From an uncultured Candidatus Saccharimonas sp. (GTDB lineage: Bacteria; Patescibacteriota; Saccharimonadia; Saccharimonadales; OMJO01): a DNA stretch of 27,271 nucleotides. Position numbers and translations under genes: made by a program. Location of the stretch: positions 1 to 27,271 of the forward strand of contig CAYGHF010000001.1 in the NCBI GenBank assembly GCA_964349795.1. The letters run 5' to 3'. Position 1 is the stretch's first letter; each line of letters starts with the position of its first letter. Shown here piece after piece: positions 1 to 9,022 of this stretch. The notes under the pieces were generated by a model. It worked only from the letters and a program-made list of their open reading frames with translations, did no database searches and was not told where the DNA came from.

Positions 1-127
1 TATTATGCAGGATTCCGCTGAATTAGGTAGTTTTGATTGCCATATACTTGGATCTTTGAGCTAGTAAGGACGTTCATTGGCGTAGTGCCCAGCAGTGCTG
101 CCCGCACTTGGCACCAGCAGCACAGAC

Positions 128-961
128 CTATTCACAACCAGCAAGGACAAGTTCGTGGATTACGCCTAAATGGTCCGAGTTAAGCCAAACGAGTGCCGGT
201 TCGCCTTGCTCCTGACATGTCGAAAATACAAAATCAATGCTACGGTTGGGGTTGTCGGCCGGAAACGTATTGCCTCGCCTAGGGTGTGATGCAATTGATT
301 CAGAAAAATATTCGCCCAAGGTCGTCTGGGCAATTGTTTCTAAATCCTCATTCAAGTCACCGCAGCCTTCGTCGACATTCCCTTCCCGTGCAATTTGCCC
401 GAGCCTACCAAACTGGGCACCATGATAACGCTGCTTGGTAGTTACATGGGTTGCGAGCAATTCGATCTCCCCAACCTTGGTTGCAATCTGAACCAACAAT
501 GCGCCGCGCTGCCGAATGCTGTCGGCGGGTGGCAAGTTATAGTTTTTCTTCAGCTCCATGTCTGACTTACTAATAACGGCGTTGCCGTAGCCATCTCGCT
601 CGGTTTCGGCATACAAGACATTCAATCCCGAGTCGTACAATTTATCTAACTGTCCTTCGGTAATATCTACCTCCTGCAAGCAAGCAATGTCCACGTCATT
701 ATCCGTCATTGCAGACAAAAGATCGTCCATATTATCCGAGCCGTCTGCCCCACGCCAACCGTGCACATTGGCCGTCATCACTCGGACGGTTTCGCCCTGA
801 AGTTCAGTTGACCTGGCGTGCACTAGTTCTAGTTCATCGGCATATTCTACGTCAGCCTGAATACCTGCCACAAGCGCCGTAGCCAGCAAAAACGATGCGC
901 CACCTTTTGGCAAAATGCGCCAAAAGCCGCGTTTCTCTCTGGGTTTCAAAAATTCTGACAT
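128..961 (-). CDS. Endonuclease/exonuclease/phosphatase (EEP) family protein with N-terminal signal/anchor
   Basis: EEP motifs VMTANVHG, DIACLQEVD, GNAVIS, THV, GDLN, SIDFVF and SDH are in the expected order; hydrophobic N-terminal segment ASFLLATALVAGI. Confidence 0.85.
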   Translation of the reverse strand: MSEFLKPREKRGFWRILPKGGASFLLATALVAGIQADVEYADELELVHARSTELQGETVRVMTANVHGWRGADGSDNMDDLLSAMTDNDVDIACLQEVDITEGQLDKLYDSGLNVLYAETERDGYGNAVISKSDMELKKNYNLPPADSIRQRGALLVQIATKVGEIELLATHVTTKQRYHGAQFGRLGQIAREGNVDEGCGDLNEDLETIAQTTLGEYFSESIASHPRRGNTFPADNPNRSIDFVFSTCQEQGEPALVWLNSDHLGVIHELVLAGCE

Positions 962-1008
962 AGTTTCTGTCTGCAGTTATACCACGCTACTAGCAAAATC
1001 ACCGCTGT

Positions 1009-1725
1009 TTATTTCAAACTCAGATAGTGCTTTCTCTTGGCTTCTGGCAGCCGCTCGATTGCATAGCGCAGCGTAGTGCGCGGCAAGCTGGCCACATTTT
1101 CATCCAGAAACTTTTTCAAGACCTTTTCATCAACACGTTTCCCAATTTCGCGCAGCATCCAGCCGACTGCTTTTTGAATTAGATCATGTTTATCGTGTTT
1201 CAATATCTCAATAATCTGCAGTGCTTCGTCAGCACTGCCCCTGCCAATGTAGTAGCTGGTGGCCAGAATTGCAATGCGCCGTTCCCATAGGTTTTTAGAG
1301 AGCGCTAACTTGGTAAGTGTCTGTATTTTATACGGGCTGCCCTCTAGCCACGGGCCTAAGATATAGCCCGCCGAGCTGTCGACCAAATCCCAATTGTTTA
1401 CACGTTTGGTGTTTGCCAAATACAGGTTGGCAACTTGGGCTTTTTTAAACTCATCACCTTTTTGGTAGGTCAAAACTAGCATAAAAAGTGCTGTTAGCCG
1501 CTCCTCGTGCCACGGGCTTTTTAGCATTTGCTCCATCGCCTCTAGCGACAAAGTTTTATAAAACTGTTTGGCAATTTTTCGTTGCTGCGGCACAGTCACG
1601 CCCAAAAACTTATCGCCCTCACCGTACTGCCCCACACCAGTCTTAAAAAACCATTGACCAGCCTTTGCCCGCTCTGACGTAGCAACCGCCCGCATCGCTT
1701 CCTGTATCTGCTCGACCACCGCCAT
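1009..1725 (-). CDS. DNA alkylation repair protein (AlkD-like HEAT-repeat family)
   Basis: Family-typical segments FFKTGVGQYGEGDKFLGVTVP, HEERLTAL, NNWDLVDSSA, NLWERRIAI, IQKAVGWMLRE and RTTLRYAIE. Confidence 0.85.
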   Translation of the reverse strand: MAVVEQIQEAMRAVATSERAKAGQWFFKTGVGQYGEGDKFLGVTVPQQRKIAKQFYKTLSLEAMEQMLKSPWHEERLTALFMLVLTYQKGDEFKKAQVANLYLANTKRVNNWDLVDSSAGYILGPWLEGSPYKIQTLTKLALSKNLWERRIAILATSYYIGRGSADEALQIIEILKHDKHDLIQKAVGWMLREIGKRVDEKVLKKFLDENVASLPRTTLRYAIERLPEAKRKHYLSLK

Positions 1726-1727
1726 AA

Positions 1728-3356
1728 CTACATCTTCTCTGGGGCGGAGATGTTTAGCAGTTCTAGGCCGTTTTTTAGGGTGTCGGCGTAGGCTTGAACT
1801 AATTTTGTACGAACGGCTTCGCGCTCATCGCCTATCACTCGGTTTTTTTCGTAAAAGCGATTAAAAACTTGGGCTAATTCATATAAATACGTGCATGTGT
1901 GATGAGACATTAGCTCATCAACAGCTTTATCTACTACTTCGGCATACTCGCCTATTTTCCGCAGCAGGTTGCGCTCTGCTTCGTCGAGGGCTGAGGGCTG
2001 AGGGCTAAGGGCTAAGCGTTTTTTAGGCTTACGCAAAATCGACCGAGCTCGGGCATGGGCGTACTGGAGATATGGTCCACTATTGCCCTGCAGACTCACC
2101 GATTCTTCAACATCATAAACAATGTCCGAGCCCAAACGATGTTTCAAAAAGCCGTACTTTATAGCTGCTAGGTCTGTACCCTGCGGTGAATCTGGATATT
2201 TTTTTTCTAACTCACCTTCAACATCTACCATTAATCTAGTTGCCGTGAATACGTCCCCTTTACGGCTACTCATTTTGCCAGTCGACAGACTTAAAAAGCC
2301 GTGCGCCAAGTGTGCAGTTTTTTTGGCTAGTTCTTCGTCAATTTCTTTGAGAGCCGCCAACATAACCTTGAAATACTCGCTTTGTTCGTGCGCTGTAATT
2401 ATTATCGAACGACTGGCTTTGGGAAAATCACTGTTTTTGAGCTCGGCCAACCCGAGATCCTTAGTTTCATAAGTAGGCAGCTCTTTGCCAGTTATAAAAA
2501 CGCGGGTATGCAGACCTACTTTTTCGCCTTCGTAAACAACCGCCCCATCACTATCTTTAAAAACTTTGCCTTGGTGTTTTTTGACAAAATCCATACCTGT
2601 TTGGGCAGATTCACTCTCTAGATAACGTTTGTCTGTGGTTATGCCTAGATCACCGATAACAGCGTCGAATTCTCTAAAACTTTCTTGTTTGCCCCAGTCA
2701 TAAAGCTGGTTGATGGCATCATCATCTTTTTTATAAATGTGTTCATTAATTTTGTCGATATTAGCTTTTGCGGCGGCATCGCCCTCGTAGGCGGCAGCAC
2801 CCTTTTGATAGTAAAGACCTACGTTTTGAATCACTTTATCTGGCTCTACGCCTGACTGCTGCATGCCCCAAATAGCCTTAGCAACGTGCAAACCAACGTC
2901 GCCGTGATAGCTAAGTCGCTCCACTTTTGCCCCAGCCGCTTCTAGCAATGAACTAATTGCGTCGCCGACTATGTAGCTATAAAGATGACCGATGTGCATT
3001 TCTTTGAATGGATTTGGATCGCCAAACTCAACAAGAATCTCTTGCCCAGATAATGTCTTAGCGATATCGTGGCTTGCTAACTTCCAAAGAGCTTCGTCGT
3101 TAAGTGTAATGTTTATAAAGCCTTGGCCTGCTACCTGCACGCTTTTTACTACTTTTCCACCTTGAGATTGCAAATTTTTTGCAATTTGGTCGGCAATATC
3201 ACGTGGGTTTTTGTTCAATTCTTGTGCAAGCTGCAAAGCAACATTTGTAGCGTAGTCGCCAAATTGTTCATCTGGTCTAGTTAGGGCAACCGGCACATCT
3301 ACAGCGAACAAATCTTTGCACGCGCCAGCAATCGCCTGTTCAATCTCTGTCTTCAT
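1728..3356 (-). CDS. argS: Arginine--tRNA ligase
   Basis: N-terminal FGDYATN and GQGFIN; HIGH motif (PNPFKEMHIGH); KMSSRKG; GNSGPYLQYAHAR; DALR-type C-terminus FNRFYEKNRV. Confidence 0.97.
   Translation of the reverse strand: MKTEIEQAIAGACKDLFAVDVPVALTRPDEQFGDYATNVALQLAQELNKNPRDIADQIAKNLQSQGGKVVKSVQVAGQGFINITLNDEALWKLASHDIAKTLSGQEILVEFGDPNPFKEMHIGHLYSYIVGDAISSLLEAAGAKVERLSYHGDVGLHVAKAIWGMQQSGVEPDKVIQNVGLYYQKGAAAYEGDAAAKANIDKINEHIYKKDDDAINQLYDWGKQESFREFDAVIGDLGITTDKRYLESESAQTGMDFVKKHQGKVFKDSDGAVVYEGEKVGLHTRVFITGKELPTYETKDLGLAELKNSDFPKASRSIIITAHEQSEYFKVMLAALKEIDEELAKKTAHLAHGFLSLSTGKMSSRKGDVFTATRLMVDVEGELEKKYPDSPQGTDLAAIKYGFLKHRLGSDIVYDVEESVSLQGNSGPYLQYAHARARSILRKPKKRLALSPQPSALDEAERNLLRKIGEYAEVVDKAVDELMSHHTCTYLYELAQVFNRFYEKNRVIGDEREAVRTKLVQAYADTLKNGLELLNISAPEKM
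1986..2016. repeat. Heptamer tandem repeat (RAGGGCT) x4.4 inside argS
   Basis: gagggct gagggct gagggct aagggct aag; encodes LALSPQPSAL in argS. Confidence 0.85.
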
Positions 3357-4041
3357 TGTCTACAGTATAGTGCAAGGCAGCGGCAAACTGCCAGACGATG
3401 AAATAAAAACTTCCGATAAGTACAAAAAATGTCAGTGTGGTAGCGAATGCTTGCGGATGATCTGTCGGATTTATAAACCTGTCCGATACATCGAACAAAA
3501 GCGCTGCTGGATGAACAACCACGTCCCAAGTGTTCCACCTGAGGTTTCTGCCCAGATAAACTGCAAAACTCGCTGCTAAAATGATAATACCCATGACTGA
3601 ATGTGCTTGCACTGCCCAATATCGCTTGTATAGCTCTCTGTGCATGAGATACAGGCTTGCCATGCCGGCAATCATGCCGTTTATGGTAAAAGAAAGTATC
3701 ATAACAACGTCAAACAACACATTTTGCTGGCTAGATAACCTCAGATGGATTAGATCACTGGCAACATAAAAACTGTTTGGCAAAAATATCAGCCACAGGA
3801 ATGACAGACCCAAGTTCTGCCAGCTAAGCCAACGGTGATGCTTGAGCCGCTGGGACAGAACATAGACAATCAGAAATGGCAGCCACGCAAGTACAAGATT
3901 CCAAACCAAGAATGCGTAATCCCAATTCTTGGTCGCAAACACCTTAACCGCAAGAAAAACCAAGCTAACAATATTTGCCACAATCATTGATATGACAAGA
4001 CCCTTGTAACGGGGAAACATAATGGCTCTTGCACCCTTCAT
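3340..4041 (-). CDS. DUF1361-like multi-pass membrane protein
   Basis: FLVWNLVLAWLP, WLIFLPNSFYVASDLIHL and YLGRNLRWNTWD match my recollection of DUF1361; several TM segments. An alternative ATG lies at 4020. Confidence 0.8.
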   Translation of the reverse strand: MKGARAIMFPRYKGLVISMIVANIVSLVFLAVKVFATKNWDYAFLVWNLVLAWLPFLIVYVLSQRLKHHRWLSWQNLGLSFLWLIFLPNSFYVASDLIHLRLSSQQNVLFDVVMILSFTINGMIAGMASLYLMHRELYKRYWAVQAHSVMGIIILAASFAVYLGRNLRWNTWDVVVHPAALLFDVSDRFINPTDHPQAFATTLTFFVLIGSFYFIVWQFAAALHYTVDNEDRD

Positions 4042-4113
4042 ACTATAACCAGTATAGCAGCGCTGTTTATCGCCTGATTATAAAAAATCTATATTGAAGT
4101 ATAATGGAGTCAA

Positions 4114-4731
4114 ATGAACCCTTTGGATTCCACCAGAAACTTAGTACGAAAATTGATGCATGTCATTGCCGTAGCCCTGAATAAACTATCGGCTGGGAAA
4201 CTTACGCCAAACACAGTGACAATTGTTGGCCTACTGGCACATTTGCCAATTGCCTACCTCATTGCCACCAGACACAACCTAAAGGCGGCTGCGTTACTGG
4301 TCATTTTTGGACTATTTGACACTCTAGATGGTGAATTAGCTCGTTTGCAAAAACGCGACAGCCCAGCAGGTATGTTGCTGGACGCTAGTACAGATAGAAT
4401 GAAGGAAGTACTGCTTTATACAGGAGCAGCCTATGCGATTTCGCTAACAGACAAACCACAAATGGCAGCATGGGCAGTTGTGGCATGCGGTGCCAGTCTA
4501 ACCGTCAGCTACGTCAAAGCCAAGGGCGAAACAGCCGTTGCCAAAAGCAACATCACTACTACTGAAGTAAACAAACTGTTTGCCGATGGTTTAATGCGCT
4601 TTGAAGTCCGCATGGTCGCGCTGATCGTGGGGCTATTGACCAATAGGCTACTAGAGGCAGTCATTATCATTGGTGTTCTGTCATCAATCACTGCTACAAA
4701 CCGACTGATAAAAATTAGCCGAAAGATATAA
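4114..4731 (+). CDS. CDP-alcohol phosphatidyltransferase (PgsA / phosphatidylinositol-phosphate-synthase-like)
   Basis: Signature D-x2-D-G-x2-A-R-x8-G-x3-D-x3-D (DTLDGELARLQKRDSPAGMLLDASTD), TPNTVT, SYVKAKGE; hydrophobic throughout. Confidence 0.9.
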   Translation: MNPLDSTRNLVRKLMHVIAVALNKLSAGKLTPNTVTIVGLLAHLPIAYLIATRHNLKAAALLVIFGLFDTLDGELARLQKRDSPAGMLLDASTDRMKEVLLYTGAAYAISLTDKPQMAAWAVVACGASLTVSYVKAKGETAVAKSNITTTEVNKLFADGLMRFEVRMVALIVGLLTNRLLEAVIIIGVLSSITATNRLIKISRKI

Positions 4732-4732
4732 T

Positions 4733-4886
4733 GACCCCATTTCATATCTCCCCTCCAGCCTCACTTGTCTCTGACGGCACCACCTACCTGTTTTGCTCGT
4801 CAGCATATCTACGGATATTCCTTCTCACAATAACTGATATCTGGCACTCGCCAGAAACAAGTTCGCTTAACATACGGGAGGGGGTC
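4733..4886 (+). promoter_or_regulatory. Candidate structured intercistronic leader whose closing stem includes the SD-like GGGAGGGGG of the PHP gene
   Basis: gacccc(4733-38)/ggggtc(4881-86); ctccc(4748-52)/gggag(4876-80); acttgt/acaagt; ctgacg/cgtcag; atatc-TACG-gatat (cUACGg loop); tctggc-actc-gccaga. Confidence 0.5.
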
Positions 4887-4887
4887 T

Positions 4888-5538
4888 ATGTTTAAGATTG
4901 ACCTGCATACTCACTCGATAGCCTCACATGATGGTGGCATAACGTCTGCCCAGTACGAAAAAGCACTCCACTCTGGGGTGCTGGATTGTGTTGCGATTAC
5001 TGACCACAACACGATTGATTTTGCGATGCATATGCATTTGGCACTTGGAGAACACATAATTGTTGGTGAAGAAATAATGACAGACGCTGGGGAGATTATT
5101 GGCCTATACCTAAGCAAGCCGATAGCGTCGGGTTTGAGCCCGCTTGAAACCATCAAACAGATAAATGACCAAAATGGCTTGGTATACATTCCCCACCCTT
5201 TTGAAACAGTCAGGAAAGGTCTGCCGCCAAATATTCTGGACGAATTAGCAGACCAAATCGACATTGTCGAGATATTCAATGGACGGGCTTTTGTGCAGAA
5301 TCGCAATGCCCAAGCTGCCGTATGGACAAAATTAAATCATATTACCGGTGTTGCCAGCAGTGATGCTCATGGCATTAGGGGTCTTGGCAAAACATTCACG
5401 AGTATCGCGGAAGTCCCGACCCGCAATAATTTCCTCCAATTGCTGGCGGGTGGCACGCCTATAGCCGCAAAGCCGACCGTCAGAGGATTGCTATACCCGA
5501 AATATCATCGCATTCGTAAAAAGTTGGCCAGAAAATAA
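4888..5538 (+). CDS. PHP-domain metal-dependent phosphoesterase
   Basis: IDLHTHS, HDG, AITDHNT, GEEI, HPF and SDAH metal-binding motifs. Confidence 0.9.
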   Translation: MFKIDLHTHSIASHDGGITSAQYEKALHSGVLDCVAITDHNTIDFAMHMHLALGEHIIVGEEIMTDAGEIIGLYLSKPIASGLSPLETIKQINDQNGLVYIPHPFETVRKGLPPNILDELADQIDIVEIFNGRAFVQNRNAQAAVWTKLNHITGVASSDAHGIRGLGKTFTSIAEVPTRNNFLQLLAGGTPIAAKPTVRGLLYPKYHRIRKKLARK

Positions 5539-6104
5539 TGTTTGATGCCTTCTTTAGCAGTCAACTTGCCCACGCCTTTTGGCTTTTCTTGCCTGCTGGG
5601 ATTGCCAACATGACTCCACCCATAGTCAACAAGATTCCATTACTAAATAGTTGGAAAACACCGATTGATCTAGGCAAAACCGTTCATGGACAGCGCATTT
5701 TGGGCGACAACAAGACTTGGCGAGGCTTGGTTTACGGAACAATTACTGGGGGAATATCTGCCATTATCATCAATAACTACTGGCAAGGTTTTGTAGATTA
5801 CGCCCAAAACACACCCTTTTGGCCAGCTGGTAGCGCCTTTGTGATTGGTTGTGCGCTGGGCGCTGGGGCATTGATTGGTGACGCCGTAGAGAGTTACTTC
5901 AAAAGACGGGCACGGGTTCCCGCTGGTAACAGCTGGTTTCCTTTTGACCAAATAGATTACATCGTCGGTGGTTTAATCATTTCGCTGCCATTTACCAACT
6001 GGCAGGTATCAACGGCACTTTATATTTTGGGCCTATTCTTTGGTTTGCACCTTCTAGTCAGCTACATCGGCTACCTACTAGGCTTCAAAGACAAAGCTAT
6101 TTAG
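5538..6104 (+). CDS. CDP-archaeol synthase-like (CarS/DUF46) membrane cytidylyltransferase
   Basis: LPAGIANMTP, PIDLG, ILGDNKTWRGL, GDAVESYFKRR and FPFDQID; start is coupled to the PHP stop (TAATG). Confidence 0.82.
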   Translation: MFDAFFSSQLAHAFWLFLPAGIANMTPPIVNKIPLLNSWKTPIDLGKTVHGQRILGDNKTWRGLVYGTITGGISAIIINNYWQGFVDYAQNTPFWPAGSAFVIGCALGAGALIGDAVESYFKRRARVPAGNSWFPFDQIDYIVGGLIISLPFTNWQVSTALYILGLFFGLHLLVSYIGYLLGFKDKAI

Positions 6105-6822
6105 AGAGTACAAAGCACTCGTGACCAAGCATAGTATTTATAGTCTCAGGTGAAGAATTTTTGAAAATAACCTCTGTTTGTGACGGCATAGCCATAAGAG
6201 CCGCCCGTTTTTTCTTTAACACCGCGGGAGATAATTTGTAGCTAATATCGCATTCGCCAGAATGCTTTAGCGGCAACTCGTCTATGTTAAAGAAAATATT
6301 AAACTGTTCGTCGGCGATTTTCAGATGCGTTTCGTAGGCACTAGTTTCAATGACCCAATGATAGACTGCAACGTCAATGTCCTCTGTCGCACAATCAACC
6401 CAGCAAGACACTGAACAGTGGTCGGAATGACCAGTCCAGCCATCTGGACCAAATGTAAGAATTGTGTCTGGTTTGTACTGGCGAATCAGTTTTTTAAGTT
6501 GTTCCCCGCCTGTTTTTTCTGGAACATCACAACAACAGCCATCTTGGTAATCAAGCCAGTGATGCGTCCTCACACCAAGTATTTTCAAGGCATTCGCCAG
6601 TTCACCAGCCCTAATTTCACCCAACTTTTCGGCTGGCCACCGGTTGGCGTCTTGTACCCCAGATTCCCCTTTTGTGGCAGTTACGCAAATAACTTTCTGG
6701 CCATTGTCTACAGCAGTCGTCATTATCCCAGCGCAACTATAAGACTCATCATCGGGGTGTGCCCACACCGACAAAATAGTGCCCAACCGTTTTATATCTC
6801 CGGCGGTCACTATCGGTTTCAT
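6097..6822 (-). CDS. PIG-L/LmbE family N-acetylglucosaminyl deacetylase (MshB/BshB-like)
   Basis: VWAHPDDE, TATKGESG, R-x2-E-L-x2-A-x3-LG and TFGPDGWTGHSDH motifs. Confidence 0.9.
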   Translation of the reverse strand: MKPIVTAGDIKRLGTILSVWAHPDDESYSCAGIMTTAVDNGQKVICVTATKGESGVQDANRWPAEKLGEIRAGELANALKILGVRTHHWLDYQDGCCCDVPEKTGGEQLKKLIRQYKPDTILTFGPDGWTGHSDHCSVSCWVDCATEDIDVAVYHWVIETSAYETHLKIADEQFNIFFNIDELPLKHSGECDISYKLSPAVLKKKRAALMAMPSQTEVIFKNSSPETINTMLGHECFVLSK

Positions 6823-6825
6823 GAC

Positions 6826-7857
6826 TTATTCGTCCAGCGCTTTCTTGAATTTTTCTACCAAATCTACAGGGGTTGGATCGACGTTATTTAACAATGCCAG
6901 ATAAATACTGACAAAATCACCCAACATTGAAGTCCACAGTAGCTGTTTCAGAATATTATCGCCCTCTACCTGAACAATTTCTGGTGATGGACGCTTACCA
7001 GATAACATGCGCTCGGTAACTTCAAAACGTTTCTGAATCCGTGGATGTTCTAGACTACTTCTCAGATCAACAACACAATACGGCTTATCGACTGGCTGCG
7101 AGCTCCAACCTATAAATTCGTTGTGCGAAAATTCGGGAAGTTGATTCCACCAAGCTAGGTGTTTGGCATTTTCATTGATACAGATCTTCCACTTGCGAGC
7201 GGCCGGTGCCAACAGTGGTCCGCCGTAGATAACAACACTCTTGCCAACCATTTCTTGGGCAAGTTTTTTGGCGAAGTTTTGGCTGACTGGTACGGTTGGC
7301 AACCACTTGGTAATCTGCTGAGTCAACCATTGTCCTGTTGCAGGTAACTCATTTGTGCTACCTTTTGGACATAATCCAAGCGACTCCAGAAGCTCGGTCA
7401 TGGCGGCCAAAAAGTAAAATGTAGACATCCTAGGTTGCGTGCCAGTGGGTATTTCGAAAGCTGGGTGGCCCTTCTGCTTGGCAATGTCTAGCAACTTCCC
7501 GGCGCTAGACACAACCGCAATTGTGGCACTAGTTTTTTCTGCAAGTTCCAGACAAGCGAGAACTTCTTCGGTATTGCCTGAGTAGCTAGAAGCAATAAAT
7601 AACGTTTCATCATTTACATAAGAAGGGATTTTATAGTCACCGACTACTTCCATAGGCACCGACACTGTAGGCCAAGTTTTTAGGTAGTACATTGGCCAAG
7701 CAGAGCCGCCCATCCCAGCCACAACAATATTTCGTATTGCCTTTTTGGGCTGGGTTGCCACTTGATACGTTTGTTGAAGCTGTTGCCACTGTTTTTCTGC
7801 TATACCCAACGCATCACTCGGATCATGTTGGTGAATATATTTTAGATCATCTAGCAC
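6826..7857 (-). CDS. Bifunctional phosphoglucose/phosphomannose isomerase (SIS domain)
   Basis: GMGGS, SSYSGNTEE, GTQPR, ENAK and PEFSHNE motifs. Start reassigned to GTG 7857, preceded by GGAGG-N5 (343 aa), instead of 7944. Confidence 0.9.
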   Translation of the reverse strand: MLDDLKYIHQHDPSDALGIAEKQWQQLQQTYQVATQPKKAIRNIVVAGMGGSAWPMYYLKTWPTVSVPMEVVGDYKIPSYVNDETLFIASSYSGNTEEVLACLELAEKTSATIAVVSSAGKLLDIAKQKGHPAFEIPTGTQPRMSTFYFLAAMTELLESLGLCPKGSTNELPATGQWLTQQITKWLPTVPVSQNFAKKLAQEMVGKSVVIYGGPLLAPAARKWKICINENAKHLAWWNQLPEFSHNEFIGWSSQPVDKPYCVVDLRSSLEHPRIQKRFEVTERMLSGKRPSPEIVQVEGDNILKQLLWTSMLGDFVSIYLALLNNVDPTPVDLVEKFKKALDE

Positions 7858-7932
7858 AATATCCTCCAAACCGTTTACGTTTTTTGTCTCATACCCTATA
7901 CTATAATACGAAATACGATTAAGGGGGTGGAA

Positions 7933-8418
7933 ATGTTTGGTCACGACGACAAAGACAAGAATGACGATGCAGGGTTACCGTTTAACCCAATCGTTAAAGA
8001 CGAACCTACTCCAGACGGTACGCTTGATGACAGTGCTGGGGCCAGCATGATGGGGCCACCGCCAGCTCCACCAGAACCTGCTAAGGGCTTGCCTTTTGTC
8101 CCACCACCAAAATCACCAGTTCCACGCCCAGCCACCACCAGTACAAGCGAGCCATCAGATGTAAGCAGCGTAGATGATCTAGTTGGCATCAAGCAAGAAG
8201 CTCTTAAGCAACTCTCACCCTTAGTCAGTCACTTGGACCAAACCCCAGAAGAAAAGTTCCGAACTACCATGATGATGATCCAAGCAACAGATGATGACAA
8301 GCTCATAGGTCAAGCTTTTGAGGCAGCAAAGCAAATCAAAGACGACAAAACGCGCGCTCAGGCACTACTTGATGTCATAAACGAAATAAACTACTTCACG
8401 CAGCAGAACGAAAAGTAA
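7933..8418 (+). CDS. Hypothetical protein with Pro/Asp-rich N-terminal half and helical C-terminal domain
   Basis: Open frame with GGGGG 5 nt before ATG 7933 and TATAAT at 7902-7907; low-complexity N-terminus followed by an amphipathic helical region. Confidence 0.75.
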   Translation: MFGHDDKDKNDDAGLPFNPIVKDEPTPDGTLDDSAGASMMGPPPAPPEPAKGLPFVPPPKSPVPRPATTSTSEPSDVSSVDDLVGIKQEALKQLSPLVSHLDQTPEEKFRTTMMMIQATDDDKLIGQAFEAAKQIKDDKTRAQALLDVINEINYFTQQNEK

Positions 8419-8439
8419 TTATTTAGAGCTAATCCACGT

Positions 8440-8955
8440 CTATCGGTTAAGTTTGCGCTTTGTGTGTGCGTAATGAGCTGTTGTGGCGAGCACGCTAACG
8501 GCAACAAAAACTGTCATGGTCTCGGTGGGACCAGTTTTTGGTAGTGGTTCTGTCTGTTTACTAGGCGCCTGTGTGGTTGGGGTTTTAGCAACTGGCGTTC
8601 CGGCATCAGAATCTTCGACAACAGATGTTTGCGTTTTGTTTATATTTTGGGGATTGGTTGGTGGCTGGGGCGAACTAGGCTGGGCTGGTTGCACTATTGA
8701 ACCAACTGCCGGTGAGGATTTTGTGGTGCTTGGGGTAACTGCTACGGGTTTAGGCTTGTTGTCTTCCGTGAAGCGACGATATATGGAACGCCCACCAAAG
8801 AATAATCCAACCGCCACTAGTAATGTTGTTACTAAAGTCGCAAAAGCCAAAAGCCAAGCAATACCTACTCGTTCACGACGCTCGGCTTGATAATATTCTT
8901 GTACCTCATTAGGTATGGGTGATTGAGTTGATGTTTTGCGCTTAAATTGCCACAT
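8440..8955 (-). CDS. LPxTG-motif surface protein with N-terminal TM and P/T/Q/S-rich linker
   Basis: TM LLAFATLVTTLLVAVGLFFGG; C-terminal LPKTG, hydrophobic stretch and basic tail TKRKLNR; SD AGGAG 5 nt before ATG. Confidence 0.8.
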   Translation of the reverse strand: MWQFKRKTSTQSPIPNEVQEYYQAERRERVGIAWLLAFATLVTTLLVAVGLFFGGRSIYRRFTEDNKPKPVAVTPSTTKSSPAVGSIVQPAQPSSPQPPTNPQNINKTQTSVVEDSDAGTPVAKTPTTQAPSKQTEPLPKTGPTETMTVFVAVSVLATTAHYAHTKRKLNR

Positions 8956-9022
8956 AGCTTCTCCTAGTCCACCCTATTGCTGTATACAGTAGTACAAAAT
9001 CCCACTTTTAGCAATATTGGAC

